Source of the DNA: Rhynchobatus australiae
Lineage: Eukaryota
Direction of reading: 5' to 3'
Length of the DNA stretch: 64,000 nt
Assembly: GCA_034780895.1 (NCBI GenBank)
Contig: JAUZTB010000072.1
Location: forward strand, 16,471,973 to 16,535,972
The position numbers were made by a program, and so were the translations under genes. The notes under the pieces were generated by a model, which saw only the letters and a list, made by a program, of their open reading frames with translations, was not told the DNA's origin and made no database searches. How positions within the stretch are numbered: position 1 is the first letter of the stretch; the number at the start of each line of letters is the position of its first letter. This document shows, piece by piece, positions 23,946-37,029 of the stretch.

Positions 23946-24898
23946 TGTTTACTGCACCTGTAATTGCATGGATTGGAATATTTTTAAAACAAAAATCACT
24001 CTTGCAAAATATTGATTTGCTCTCTTATTCTCAGTAGCACCGATTTCTGCAATCCAATCTACATTTATAAATTTTAGGAAAATCCTAAATAATGGTATTT
24101 CACAATAACAATCAATTTTATCCACTGAATAATCTTTTGTTGGTTTTTTGATTCCTTCTAATAAAACTTTAATTGGAAGGCTCTTCCTCTCACAGTGACT
24201 TGAATTTGGATACTCTTTCAGCCTGTGTCTGTGAGTTGCATTTGGACTGTGCAATTTGATGTGAATGCAAGGCACGTAATTTCCCAGGGTGCATCCAGTC
24301 AATCGTGTTAATGAAATATTTATAAACTAGANNNNNNNNNNNNNNNNNNNNNNNNNNNCAAGGTTAGTTATGTCATTGTAGATCTATAACACAACTTATT
24401 TGCTTGTTTTGATTCTTTATCTTTTATGCCTAATCTTAAGGAAAATCTACTGATTGACTCTACCTCTTGTCTTTCAACCACCCATCCTCAAATACAAAGA
24501 AGGACAGTAGCTTATTGGTGGAGGAGAAATGCAGATTTCCATTATTCTTATAGCGTAGAAATGCTTTCTAACATCATTGCTTTAATATTGTGATTGAATT
24601 AAATATTATCAAATAGTAAATAAACGGAAGTTTTAAAAAAAAGTTGGAAACACTCAAGAAGTCGATTAGCACCTATGGTGAGCAAACAGATACCATTCCA
24701 GATGTGGAGCCTTCGAGTAACACCTGAACTCTTTCATTTTCCGTATTTGCTGACTCTTCTGAGTTCAACGTTAGCACAGATCAACCATTCTACACCTCTT
24801 TTCCATTGTTAATTCTAGTTTGTTTGCTGTGATTTCTGTGTGTGTTTCTTTGTTTTAATCTGATCGCTGTGTGTGTTATCGTTGTTTTATTTGAACAG

Positions 24899-24964
24899 AG
24901 AGTCAGGAGATATGAAGCAGTGAAATGGATCCTGGTATTTGGTATTGGAGTCTGCACTGGTTTG
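24899..24964 (+). CDS. CLCN6: CLCN6 exon 4 (RVRRYEAVKWILVFGIGVCTGL)
   Basis: 66 bp, AG/GT boundaries. Confidence 0.94.
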
Positions 24965-25549
24965 GTGAGTACCACAGTGTGTTGGTGTGTGTTTAATCTA
25001 ACAAAAGAAAGCCTATCAATGACAGCTTCAGGGGATGCTCCTGAGATTTCAGTGTTACTGATGAACAGGGTATCTTGCCTTCCCATTTGTGGTCAACTGA
25101 TTAACCCTTGGTATCAAAGGGCAAAGGTCTGTGAGTATCGGGCTGCTAATCCTCAGTAATTATCACATTAATTAGCCTTGTCCTTCCACCATTTCACAAC
25201 TGTTAACCTTTGAGTTGCTGTAGCCCCAGTTGCCCTGGGATTATTCATCTGCCAGTTTGGGGGTTGGTGTCAGTGTTATTCCTCCCTAGAGAGTGTAGAA
25301 TGTCATAGTGTTTTATTGTTTCTACAGATTACTAGTTAATTGTTTAGAATTGTATATTCTTCACCCTTTTTTAAAAATCCTACTCCTTCATCTTTGCAAC
25401 CTTCTGTAGCACTGAGGTAGCTCCTTCAACTTGGTATTTTTCTTCCTCTATTGTAATGGCTCTGACAACAATACTTCCAACTAGAAGTAACTCCCTAAAT
25501 AACCCTCTCTGCTACACCCCCAGCCCCGGATCAGCCTTTTCTACTTTTC

Positions 25550-27760
25550 TAAGAACATAATAAATAGGAGCAGGATGAATGATGGAGCAGGTACAAGATC
25601 ATGGCTGATCTTCTACCTCAACAATTTTTTCTGGAGTATCCCTGTATACCTGGATTTCCTCTGATATCCAGAAATCTTTTGATGTCAATTTTGAATGAAC
25701 CCAACCTTCACAGCCTTGAGATAGTAAATTCCAAATACTCACTACCCTCTGAATGAAGAAATTTCTCCTCATCTCAGTCCTAAACAGTCTATTCCTCCAT
25801 TTGAAATTCTTACCCCTAGTTCTGGACTCCACTGCCAGAGGAAACATCCTTCCTACACCTAGCCTGTCAAGTCAGTCTTTGTTGAATTCCTTATTTGGTA
25901 AGTACCCCTTTCCTTAGGACCAAAACACCACACATTATTCCAGATGTGGTTTCACCAAATCCTTGATACAGTTGCAGTAAGACTCCCAGAATTGGTTATC
26001 AGAGAGACAGTCAACAGGTCCTTCAGGCTGGCAGGCCATTACTTGTGAGGTACAATTGGGGGGGGAAGGGGGCGGTGGTTGGTACTTGGGGCCCCAGCCA
26101 TTCACAATCTAAATCAACAATTTTTGGCAAGGGAAAAAATGTTATATTTCCAAGTGTGCTGACTATGCTAAACTAGGTGGGATTGCTAGGTTAGTATATT
26201 ATCTCCAATTCAATGTGCTCTAACTTTGTTGACCATCCTCCTACCTGGGAGTTCATCAAAAGCCATCCTGAAATCCAAATAAATACACGACTTCCATTGA
26301 CTTTTTTTTCCCCCTTATCCATTCAGTTGTGGTATATTCAAATCCATTAATAATAAAAGCTTTCATGCTATTTACCTTCCTAATCACTCATTGTACCTCT
26401 ATGTTGGTTTTCAGTGATTTCCAGGTTCCAGTGAATATCTTTCACTTAAAAAAAATAATCTACTTTGCTTTTGTTATCTGATCTAAAATGGATGACTTGA
26501 TTTTTTCAACATTATATTCTTTCTCACTCACTCAGCTTGTCCAAATCCCCTTGAAGCCTCCTCTTCTTCATACTTACAATTCCATATAGTTGCTGATCTT
26601 GGAAGCATTTGGTCCCTATGCAAAAAGTCATGGATGTAGATCGTTAATTAGCTGAGGCCCAAAGACTAATCCACGTAGTACCCCATTAACAGCCTGCCAA
26701 CCTGTTTATTCCCACACTGTGCTATATGTCCAAAAACCAATTTTTAATCCATGTCAGTATATTACCCCACACCCCCCTCACTGATTCCACATGTTCTAAA
26801 CATGTTGGCCATCCTTATCGAAAGTGTTCCAGAAATCCAAATATACCACATCCATTAATTTTTTTTTGTTCCCTCTTCCCATGTATTCAACTGGTCACAT
26901 CCTGAAAGAACTCCAACAGATTAGTCAAACATGATTGTCATTTCATTAGTCTACGCTGACTCTCCTATTCTTTTCAATGTGTTCTGTATTGCATCCTTCA
27001 TTATCGATTCTAGCACTATTCCCGCTATTGACATTAGAAAAGTAGCCTTCCGGATCATCTAACTTGCACCCTCCCCAATAGCACTAGCAAGTGTCCCGCT
27101 GATGGGCAACGCCAATGATTGGTTTAGGTCCCACCTGTCNNNNNNNNNNNNNNNNNNNNNNNNNNNNNNNNNNNNNNNNNNNNNNNNNNNNNNNNNNNNN
27201 NNNNNNNNNNNNNNNNNNNNNNNNNNNNNNNNNNNNNNNGGTCCCACCTGTCAGAAAAATGATTCCACTCCTTCAGAAATTTAAAGCCCTCCCTCCTACA
27301 ACATCTTTCCAGCCATATGTTTATTTGCTCTATCCTATTTCTGTACTTGTTAGCATGTGGCACTGGGAGTAATTGTGAGATTACTAGCTTTTCTAGCTCC
27401 TGAACTCCTTTTCAACCTATATCCTCAGTACATATATGGATCGTGACTTCTGGCTATTCACCCAACCCGTCAGGATGCTGTGCAGATGCTCTGTGACACC
27501 TTGACCCTGGCATCAGGGAAGTAAAATATCACCCGAAGTTGTGTCTATGGCCTTAAAAATGCATGTTTGCCCCCCTAACTATTAAATCCTGTATCACAAT
27601 TGCTGTTGCACTCTTCTTTCTGTCCTCTCCAGTAGTTGATCCATTTGTGGTTCCACATTGCGTACTTGACTGCAGCCCCCTGAGGAATCATCACCCTGAA
27701 GAGTCTCCTGATGCTGCTCATCACCTGCCAGGCTGTCACCCATTTGCCCCTCTGCCTCCA
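25550..27760 (-). mobile_element. Degenerate CR1-type LINE (ORF1 esterase remnant, ORF2 RT remnant and 3' end)
   Basis: MFPLAVESRTRG...FRTEMRRNFFIQRVVSIWNLL (CR1 C-terminus); PHANKYRNRIEQINIWLERCCRREGFKFL (ORF1 esterase-like). Confidence 0.75.
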
Positions 27761-28019
27761 CAATCTTAAGCTAAAAGTACAATCTGTAAAGTACTCAGTG
27801 AATGTACCACAGGCAATGGAGCCATTGTTCCAGCTTCAATATGCAGAGCTGCTGCAGCTGGAGACTCAACTACAGAAAGAGGTCATTTAGCCAGTCAGGT
27901 CCATGCCAGCACGTGGGAGGAGGGGGAAGTAATCCCCTTAGTCCCATTTCCCCTCCTTGTTTACTTATCCCTGAAACTTATTCTCTCTTACTTTCGCCCA
28001 TCAAATCCCCTTTGATTCT

Positions 28020-28160
28020 TTTTGCCATTAATCTACATTGAGGGATAGTTTACCTGAAGCCAATTAACCTACCAGCACATCTTTGGGATGTGGGAGGAAA
28101 CTGGAACACCTGGAAGAAACCCACATAGTCATGGAGAAAGTTTGGAAGCTATGTGCAAGT
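28020..28160 (-). mobile_element. V-SINE fragment
   Basis: tgggatgtgggaggaaactggaacacctggaagaaacccaca is the reverse complement of the V-domain. Confidence 0.65.
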
Positions 28161-29011
28161 GGATATCTAGGACAAGGTAAGCATCCAAGGTTTTCCACAT
28201 GTCACTGGCTGCACAGTCCATTTGCTGAGCTGCCCTGCCATGCTTCAGTAATAACTTATCAACAAAAAGAATTGTTAGAAAGTATTCATCATCCACCTAC
28301 TGGACTTAAACGGATGACTTGCTGTCAAACTGAATACCAGAGCTGAGATTCTTCTAGGGATCCCACTCACTATTGCCTCTGTTCACTATCATAGCTGTGC
28401 ATAAACCTTTTATAACTGGCCTGTTTCTCCAAGCTTTTACGAGCTTCTAATACAACTCACTAACAATTTTGCTTTTCATAGTATTCTTGGAAAGTGGCTT
28501 GAGGTATTTTGGAAAACTATATGTGTGATTTTTGCCAAAATAATATGCCTTATTATTTAGTGGTTTATTATACTTATCAGAATACTTCACAAACTACATT
28601 TTACTTTCAGTCCAGGTGAAGGTGGTGATACGCAGCAAGATTCTGTTTAGGTTGATTAGCTGAATGACTAATTTATTGGTTTTTAATGATGTAGTTGAGA
28701 GAAGAATGTTCCCTGGGCCATTAGGGGGAATTGTCTGGTATTATCAGTTGTTGGGTTTGACGCTGCATCGGCAAGATGGCACTCCAAATATGTGCATCCC
28801 TTATGCATTACCTTTTAACCTAGATTGTGTGTTAAAGTGCTCTTATAGAGCTTGAACCAGTCACCTGATTCTGACAGGTTTACTGCCAACTAATCCTTAC
28901 TGATTTAATAGAAAAGTTAACTGGGAAAACCGTAACTGTGTGTTTGGAGACCATCAGTCATCGTACTTCATAACCTTATTTTGAATTACTGTTTCTGTCT
29001 TTTTGTTTTAG

Positions 29012-29078
29012 GTTGGGCTCTTTATCGATTACTTTGTTCATCTCTTCCAAAATCTCAAGTTCCAAATTATTGGAAAAT
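29012..29078 (+). CDS. CLCN6: CLCN6 exon 5 (VGLFIDYFVHLFQNLKFQIIGK)
   Basis: 67 bp, followed by U12-type donor GTATCCTTT. Confidence 0.93.
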
Positions 29079-29462
29079 GTATCCTTTAACTTGCAGTAAT
29101 GTCAGAATCTGACAAGTGACTGGAGGAGAAACACTACATCATACTGAACCTGCAGCAGCATCCACATCCTAAGAATAAACGAGTTAAGAAAAAATGTGGA
29201 CAGAGGATGACTTTATTTTATCTTCCACATGCCAAATCTGCTATGAATTGCCCTCTGGTCAGTTGGCCTTGCTGCATTCTTTAAAAGAGCTGTTTTTTTT
29301 TTCCAAATCTTTGAGTTTTTATCCCTTTGCATCAGCAGCTTCCTGCCCTGGTTTCGTTGGTGCACTTCAGGATATTGTGTGAATCCAGTCTTTGTAGAAA
29401 GAAACTGTAATCTTGAAGGTGTTTTGAGTGCTGTATATTTTCCTTGATTTCCTTCCCTTCAG
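29079..29462 (+). other. U12-type (minor spliceosome) GT-AG intron
   Basis: 5' site GTATCCTTT; branch site TTTTCCTTGAT at 29438-29448, about 15 nt before the AG. Confidence 0.9.
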
Positions 29463-29569
29463 CGGTGGAAGATTGCAGTGAGGGGGGCTGTCTTGTACTC
29501 TCCCTCCTTGAGATTCTAGCATTCAATATTGGTTTCATCTTTTTGGCCAGCCTGCTGGTGCTGATTGAG
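29463..29569 (+). CDS. CLCN6: CLCN6 exon 6 (SVEDCSEGGCLVLSLLEILAFNIGFIFLASLLVLIE)
   Basis: 107 bp, AG/GT boundaries. Confidence 0.95.
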
Positions 29570-29841
29570 GTACAAAATTGCAAGCATGTTACTATCGCAC
29601 TTGGCTTAATGCTCTCTATCAAAAATGAAACTATTAAACAGTATAAGACAGCCACAGCATTTGATGCTTCATGTCCAGTGAACACTACATTGCTTACTTT
29701 CTGTTGCTCGCCCTACACAATGCTCATGACAGTTGTATATCATCATTTTCCTTCAGAAAAGCTTAAAGGTAGCTTTATAAGGCAGTCTAAGCCTTGTCTT
29801 TATTATCAGGCCTTTATTTTTGAAAAATCTCTGCTTCACAG

Positions 29842-29968
29842 CCCATTGCAGCTGGATCTGGAATTCCTGAAATCAAATGCTACCTAAATGGGGTGAAGAT
29901 CCCTGGGATTGTGAGGCTCCGGACCCTGGTCTGTAAAGCACTGGGTGTGCTCTTCTGTGTGTCCGGAG
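29842..29968 (+). CDS. CLCN6: CLCN6 exon 7 ([42 protein letters not shown])
   Basis: 127 bp, GSGIPE selectivity motif. Confidence 0.96.
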
Positions 29969-31355
29969 GTAAAGAACATTTATTTTTTTCTCTTTTAGAT
30001 AAAAGCATAGTGAAACGTGCTGAGTCTCAATATGATTACCAACAGCCCCATGAAATGAAACATTATAGAATATATACAGAAGGTCAACCAGGATTAAGAC
30101 AGAGAGCTTGATATTTTGGGTGGAATGTTCTCTTGCNNNNNNNNNNTGGTAATGTTTTAGTGACATTTACAGCTTTATGTACAAACAGCAATATGCTAAT
30201 CTGCTCTCCTGTAATCTACTTAATTTGGCACTAATAGCTCAGGCTTTTACCAATGTAAATTATTAAATAGTTCAGGTGGTAAAGTTGTATTTGTTCAGGA
30301 ATTACCCTGTGATTCAGTGGCGTGTAATAAATAGTCTCCTATGTTAATCAATTGCATTCTGGATCGGTTTCAACTTGCCTGTCTACAATGCATATATTAT
30401 GTGCTTAGTAAGTTGTTTATTTAATTTTAATGGAGCTCTATACAAATAACAGGAGGATTGCTAATGGCGACGTGGTGAGCTGTGATGGTATGGTTTTACT
30501 TTGTTTGTAGTGGGTCATTTACTACTTAACATGGAACATCGAATAGCACAGTATGGGCCCTTCAGCCCATGATGTTGTGCCAACCCATATGAACCTCTTG
30601 TNNNNNNNNNNNNNNNNNNNNNNNNNNNNNNNNNNNNNNNNNNNNNNNNNNNNNNNNNNNNNNNNNNNNNNNNNNNNNNNNNNNNNNNNNNNNNNNNNNN
30701 NNNNNNNNNNNNNNNNNNNNNNNNNNNNNNNNNNNNNNNNNNNNNNNNNNNNNNNNNNNNNNNNNNNNNNNNNNNNNNNNNNNNNNNNNNNNNNNNNNNN
30801 NNNNNNNNNNNNNNNNNNNNNNNNNNNNNNNNNNNNNNNNNNNNNNNNNNNNNNNNNNNNNNNNNNNNNNNNNNNNNNNNNNNNNNNNNNNNNNNNNNNN
30901 NNNNNNNNNNNNNNNNNNNNNNNNNNNNNNNNNNNNNNNNNNNNNNNNNNNNNNNNNNNNNNNNNNNNNNNNNNNNNNNNNNNNNNNNNNNNNNNNNNNN
31001 NNNNNNNNNNNNNNNNNNNNNNNNNNNNNNNNNNNNNNNNNNNNNNNNNNNNNNNNNNNNNNNNNNNNNNNNNNNNNNNNNNNNNNNNNNNNNNNNNNNN
31101 NNNNNNNNNNNNNNNNNNNNNNNNNNNNNNNNNNNNNNNNNNNNNNNNNNNNNNNNNNNNNNNNNNNNNNNNNNNNNNNNNNNNNNNNNNNNNNNNNNNN
31201 NNNNNNNNNNNNNNNNNNNNNNNNNNNNNNNNNNNNNNNNNNNNNNNNNNNNNNNNNNNNNNNNNNNNNNNNNNNNNNNNNNNNNNNNNNNNNNNNNNNN
31301 NNNNNNNNNNNNNNNNNNNNNNNNNNNNNNNNNNNNNNNNNNNNNNNNNNNNNNN

Positions 31356-31950
31356 TGGTTTATTATTGTCACATGTACTGAGGTACAGTGAAAAACTTTG
31401 TTTTGCATGCCATCCATACAGATCATTTCATCGCATCAGTACCTTGAGGTAGTACAAGGGAAAAACAACAGAATGCAGAATAGTGTTACAGTCACAAAGA
31501 AAGTGCAGGCAGACAATAAGGTACAAGGCCATAACTAGGTAGATTGTGAGGTCAAGAATCCATCTTTATCATACTAGGGGACCATTTCAATATAGAAGCT
31601 GTCCTTGATCCTGGTGGTATGTGCTTTCAAGCTTTTGTATCTTTTACCTGATGGGAGTGGGGGGTGAAAAGAGAATATTGGGGTGAGTGGGGTCTTTGAT
31701 TATGTTGGCTGCTTTACAGAGGCAGCGACAAGTGTAGACAGTCTATAGAGAGAGGCTGGTTTCCATGATGTGCTGAGCTGTGTCCACAACTCTGCAGTTT
31801 CTTGTGGTTTCAGGCAGAGCAGTTGCCACACCAAGCTGTGATGCACCTGGATAGAATGCTTTCTATGGTGTATCTATAAAAATTGGTGAAGGAAAGGGGA
31901 CATGCCAAATTTCTTTAGCCTCCTGAGGAAGTAGAGCTGCTGGTGCACTT
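31356..31950 (-). mobile_element. Rex1/Babar-like LINE 3' fragment
   Basis: Reverse complement of the tail seen at 21010-21050 (ggtttattattgtcacatgtactgaggtacagtg). Confidence 0.65.
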
Positions 31951-32308
31951 TCATGTGCCTTGTGTTAGCTGAAGAGCAAATCATCTTCATACTGAAGTGC
32001 ATTTTAATTTATGCCATTGTTTATATAAAAATTTTGATAATAGATTGCTTCATTGGTGACTATCTCTGACAGCACACTTTTTACTGGATCTGGGAGTTCT
32101 GTAGAAATAGGATTTTGTATTTTTCCCAGGTTTTCTAGTATGAGAAGACATTTAGTCCTCTTCTGTGGTTTGAGTTGCTTCATTTATTTTTATGGTGAAT
32201 GCTTTCTTGTTAGTGCGTACAGCCTTTACCCATTTGGTTCACTTGCTTGGTCCTCCTGGAAGTCTTGGGTGCTGCCTGTATAAACTGACAGGTTACTTTG
32301 CTTTCCAG

Positions 32309-32376
32309 GTTTATTTGTGGGGAAGGAGGGCCCAATGATTCACAGTGGAGCAGTGGTGGGAGCAGGGTTGCCTCAG
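32309..32376 (+). CDS. CLCN6: CLCN6 exon 8 (GLFVGKEGPMIHSGAVVGAGLPQ)
   Basis: 68 bp, gating glutamate motif GKEGP. Confidence 0.96.
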
Positions 32377-33305
32377 GTAAGTAAGCAAAGCTACCTCTCG
32401 CATTTAATCTGATCTATATGTAATATATTTGGGATAAGATGCTGTTTAATCCCCCTGATGATCAGGTTAGATATCCTGCTGTCCTTTTGGTTATGTTACT
32501 AAAGTTTCAATTAGTAAATTACAGAATTACATTAATTCTGTATCACACCCCACACCTCCCCTACAATCAGATCAACCTCCATTCATTTTTAATGTAATGA
32601 TAAATACGTTGTATGTATGATCAGAAATTGTACTCCTTGTGTCTCATTTGGGTAACTGGTCCAATGTCTTTACTGGTTCCACCAGCACTTGCTCCACATT
32701 TGGAAAAAGTAAGACTAAAACAGTGAATTGGTGGGATCTGGTCGGTCTTTGTTTTTGCCTTCATCTGAGTTAATTCTGAATATATATCATTGTCCAGAGC
32801 ACTACTCAGCATGTGGTTCAGCCACTCTTGCAAGTCGTTCGACTTTGCAAGAAGCATGTTGTCTATTACTGAAAAGGCTTAGAAATGCAGCAGTAATAAT
32901 TTGCAAGTTTTGAACATAAACCCTTTTTATTGTTTTCTGGAGTTTGTGAATCTGTCCAATGTCTTTGTTGAGTTCTGTAAATGTACTGCAGTGTTTGTGA
33001 TGGTATTTAATTTGTGATATTCTTTGACTGAAGTAAGGGACAAATCTTTCAGGTTATGACTTTTGTTACAAAGACAGAAGTTAATTGACTTAGCTGGATG
33101 GATGTGGATGGAATGCAGGTGAATTGTGAACTGAGAGAAAAAATACAACTGGGTGTGGGGCTGTGGAGGTGTAGTAGAATTGGAGTAAGGGGCAGTGTGT
33201 GTGGTAGGGCAGAGCGAGGTGCATGGAGTGATTTTTGTTTTCAGGCTCTTGCAATGTTTTGCTCTGTATCTGATGTTTGCTTTGCTTTTTTGCCTCTTGG
33301 TACAG

Positions 33306-33364
33306 TTTCAGAGCATTACTTTCCACAAGATCCAGTTCAACTTCCCTTATTTCCGCAGTGACAG
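33306..33364 (+). CDS. CLCN6: CLCN6 exon 9 (FQSITFHKIQFNFPYFRSD)
   Basis: 59 bp, AG/GT boundaries. Confidence 0.94.
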
Positions 33365-34781
33365 GTAGGAATCCTCACCTCCAAATCCTGAATTTTATTG
33401 AAATGCCAATTTATGTTGTCAGTTTAAGCTTGCAGAGCCTCAATACTATCCACTGTTTGCAATTGTTCTTACTGGGAGCTCAGTCATTTAATTGCTGTTT
33501 GTCATGTGGTTATTAACCATTGAAGAATGTAAATATGCGGTGTTTGCTTGCTGCCATTGTTCCAAAACTGAGTTTTGCTCATTGTTTTAGAGATGAATTT
33601 CATTAGATCAAGACTTTAATAATTCTCTATTTTTTGTTTCATGATTTTATTAATATATTGCATTTGGGATAAGATGTGAAATGAAACTTGAATGTTTTAA
33701 GATTGTTGAGTACCAAAACCTTGAAGGGTTATGGTCAAACTTGAAGCATGTGAGGGAAATTGGACATGGTTTGTGGTACTTTATTCTGAGGAAAGTATTG
33801 CTAAACTTGGAATGCCATGTAGTGAAACCAAATTTAACTCAATTGCTGTAAATTAATGGCCCTTTTAATTTTGCCAGTAAGTTATTCTATATTGGTTTCA
33901 AGAGATTTTCTGAAGAATTTCAGAAAAGTTTCTTGGTCAAATGCAAGGCAAACCAGCCCAATTCTGTGTAGAATTGAGCAATAAAACATAGATTTCACTG
34001 CAAGGTTTCATACATATTGTGTCCTGGCAACGGAACATTGCTGTGTGGTCTCTAGGTGGACGCTGTTGTATACAAAACTGTGGAGGGCAATGGAGAGGTG
34101 GCACCCTGTTCTAAAAAATAAACATTGATATAGAATATTGTGTTTTGTGGAGCATGGTTTTCAAATAATCACTTCAGTTGTTCTGTACAGTCTCCACTGA
34201 AGAGACAGGATGATGCTAAAATCTCTAATAAGGAAGGGGAAGCCCTTGGGGTATCAATGGCTGACATCAGAGTATCAATAGAAGGGGCCAGGGAGCAGGT
34301 TACATACCCACTGACTGAAGCAGAGATTCCTAACTAACACCTTTTTTAAAAAGATACTGCCATTTTCTGATTCCTGGTTCGATGCCAGCATTGATGTGGG
34401 ACAAATATGCTATTATGCATCATCCACTCTTCAACCTCACTTCAAAGTGGTACCCTTACTACAATTATTTGATTCAGTCTTTGTTGTGTGGGCAGGTTGA
34501 GAATCCTTGTCTCTGATAATTGCAGATTGAGATGTTGAGACCCACAGTCTCAATAAATTCAAAATGAAGGAATGTGTCTGGAGAGCAGATGTGCCTCAGT
34601 TGCCTATGATAAAGCAGGATGAGGACAGATTCATGGCAGGTTAGCAGATTGCTCTGCTTTCACTAACTAGGTGAATTAAAATTTCCCCCTCAAGTTGGAT
34701 TATGTAATCTTTGGTTGGATTGTCAGATGATGTTGTGGTATCCTGTGACATTGACATTTACAGGCTGTGTTGGCTTTACAG

Positions 34782-34914
34782 AGACAAGCGAGACTTTGTC
34801 TCGGCAGGGGCAGCAGCAGGAGTTGCTGCTGCATTTGGGGCTCCAATTGGAGGGACACTCTTCAGTCTGGAAGAAGGATCCTCATTCTGGAACCAGGCAC
34901 TAACCTGGAAAGTG
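34782..34914 (+). CDS. CLCN6: CLCN6 exon 10 ([45 protein letters not shown])
   Basis: 133 bp, proton glutamate motif. Confidence 0.96.
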
Positions 34915-35215
34915 GTGAGTGAGATGGATTACTACCAGAGGCAAGCAGCAAAAAGGAGCATTTTCAAACTTTTGTAGAATTTTTTTTGTTGGGGTATAAG
35001 ATGGGATGTTGCTAATCTTTGGCTGTGGGTCATGGATAATACAGCAGTTAGCCACGGCAGGTTTCTTGGGAGGGGAAAGTTTGTGTAGATGGTGTTTGTA
35101 TGTGTACTCGGTGTAGAGCTGGGTGGGTATTGATTTGTGTTTGAAGTGTTTAGGCTGAAGTTCTGTGATAAGTCATGGTGCTGTCTTTTGACTTTTTCTT
35201 TTCTCCATTTTCCAG

Positions 35216-35329
35216 CTCTTCTGCTCAATGTCTGCCACCTTCACACTGAATCTGTTCCGATCAGGTATCCGCTATGGGAGNNNNNGCTCCTTCCAACTGC
35301 CAGGGCTGCTCAACTTCGGAGAATTCAAG
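35216..35329 (+). CDS. CLCN6: CLCN6 exon 11 (LFCSMSATFTLNLFRSGIRYG...SFQLPGLLNFGEFK)
   Basis: 114 bp including 5 N; frame preserved. Confidence 0.93.
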
Positions 35330-35599
35330 GTATTTTGAATTTCTGGTTACTTTCTGTAGCAGCTTTAACTTTGTTATCTGAAAAATTGACCTCTACTTGT
35401 TCTGAACTGTTGTAACTTGACTAGGTTTAATGTAGAAAAGATTTGGCTTCTATTCCAGAGTGAGACATCATTATTAACCATGCTCTAATTGGATGAAATG
35501 AGTGAAGTTATTTGTACTGATGTATTTCTGATTAAGTAGTTATTGTTCCAAAATATTTGTCCAATAATTTATTAATAATTTAACTATATTTCAAAGTTT

Positions 35600-35905
35600 A
35601 CTTATTTAACTGACTAGTCTCAGTGGGTATCAATTTCACCTTGGAATCAAAAGACTTTAGGTTCAAGACTTTCTTCTGAGACTTGAGCACAAAATCAAGG
35701 CTGACATTCCAGTACAATACTTAAGGGATTGCATGTTGTTGTCTAAAGTACTGTTGTTCAGATGAAAGGTTAAATCGAACCGATGTGGCCTCTTTGGGTA
35801 TACACGAGGGATCCCAGGACTTGGAGAAGGGGATTTCACTGTGTCTTGTCCCTAACCAATATTACTAAGAGCAGATTATCTGGTTATCTTCACTTCTGTT
35901 AGTTA
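35600..35905 (+). mobile_element. DeuSINE (SacSINE1-like) copy
   Basis: ggttcaag...gagacttgagcacaaaatcaaggctgacattccagtacaatact...agcagattatctggttat; related copies at 23595, 46640, 56400 and 61945. Confidence 0.6.
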
Positions 35906-36667
35906 CTTAAGGCCGTGAAAGATGCATGTTGGATATCTGTCTATCCATCTGTATCTGTTTGTCTTTGTTGCTCTGTTTCTGTTTCCCTATGTGTGGCTTG
36001 TGCATTTGCCCACCCCTCTTGGGCATGTGCTCTATCCTCTTGCTTTNNNNNNNNNNNNNNNNNNNNNNNNNNNNNNNNNNNNNNNNNNNNNNNNNNNNNN
36101 NNNNNNNNNNNNNNNNNNNNNNNNNNNNNNNNNNNNNNNNNNNNNNNNNNNNNNNNNNNNNNNNNNNNNNNNNNNNNNNNNNNNNNNNNNNNNNNNNNNN
36201 NNNNNNNNNNNNNNNNNNNNNNNNNNNNNNNNNNNNNNNNNNAAACCTATTGCAACATGTGATGGTGGTCCAGCTGTTCAGTGTACAGATCCTCCCCAGG
36301 TTATGAACTCCCAGCTTGTGTGTAGCCTGTCTGTACAAATGTGCATGTGGGAGACTGGCGGTGTGGATTTGCTGGCAGCTGTGGGCATTGTCTGCAGTGG
36401 GGGATCTCGGTTCGCTGTGATATCTGAATGAATAAGCTAAATGGCCTGATTTAATTACACATTGGTCTTGGTTGGCTAGTGTTTTTATTTGAATATATTG
36501 CCAAGCAGCTGCATTTCCAACTTACAAATAATTCAGGTTATAAACAATTCTCTGGAATGGAACGTTGTCATTACCTTGGGAGAACCTGTACCTGTGAGCG
36601 AGGGTTTCGGGGGCTCCAGTGGTTTTTTCGTTTTAATATTTGACTGGTTGTTGTTACTGTATTTAAG

Positions 36668-36834
36668 TGTGCAGATGGAGACAAGAAATGTCATTTGTGG
36701 ACAGCAGTGGATCTGGCATTCTTCATTATCATGGGTGTGATTGGTGGACTTCTGGGAGCAATGTTTAACTGTATGAATAGGAGGCTGGCAAAGTACCGTA
36801 TGCGCAATGTACACCCTAAGGCCAAGTTTGTCCG
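36668..36834 (+). CDS. CLCN6: CLCN6 exon 12 (CADGDKKCHLWTAVDLAFFIIMGVIGGLLGAMFNCMNRRLAKYRMRNVHPKAKFV)
   Basis: 167 bp, AG/GT boundaries. Confidence 0.94.
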
Positions 36835-37029
36835 GTAAGCAATGGTCACTGAGAAAGTTCATGAAATCATTGAGTTTCACATAAACTTTGATCATATTCC
36901 AAATGATTTTGTTTAATCTTTCAACCTTTATTCATACTACTGATTGTACTGAATTTGGCCAGGGTACAACTGCACAGGTGCTGGTTGTCCCCCAGTGCCC
37001 CAATCTACTTTTTCTTTATTATTCATTTT

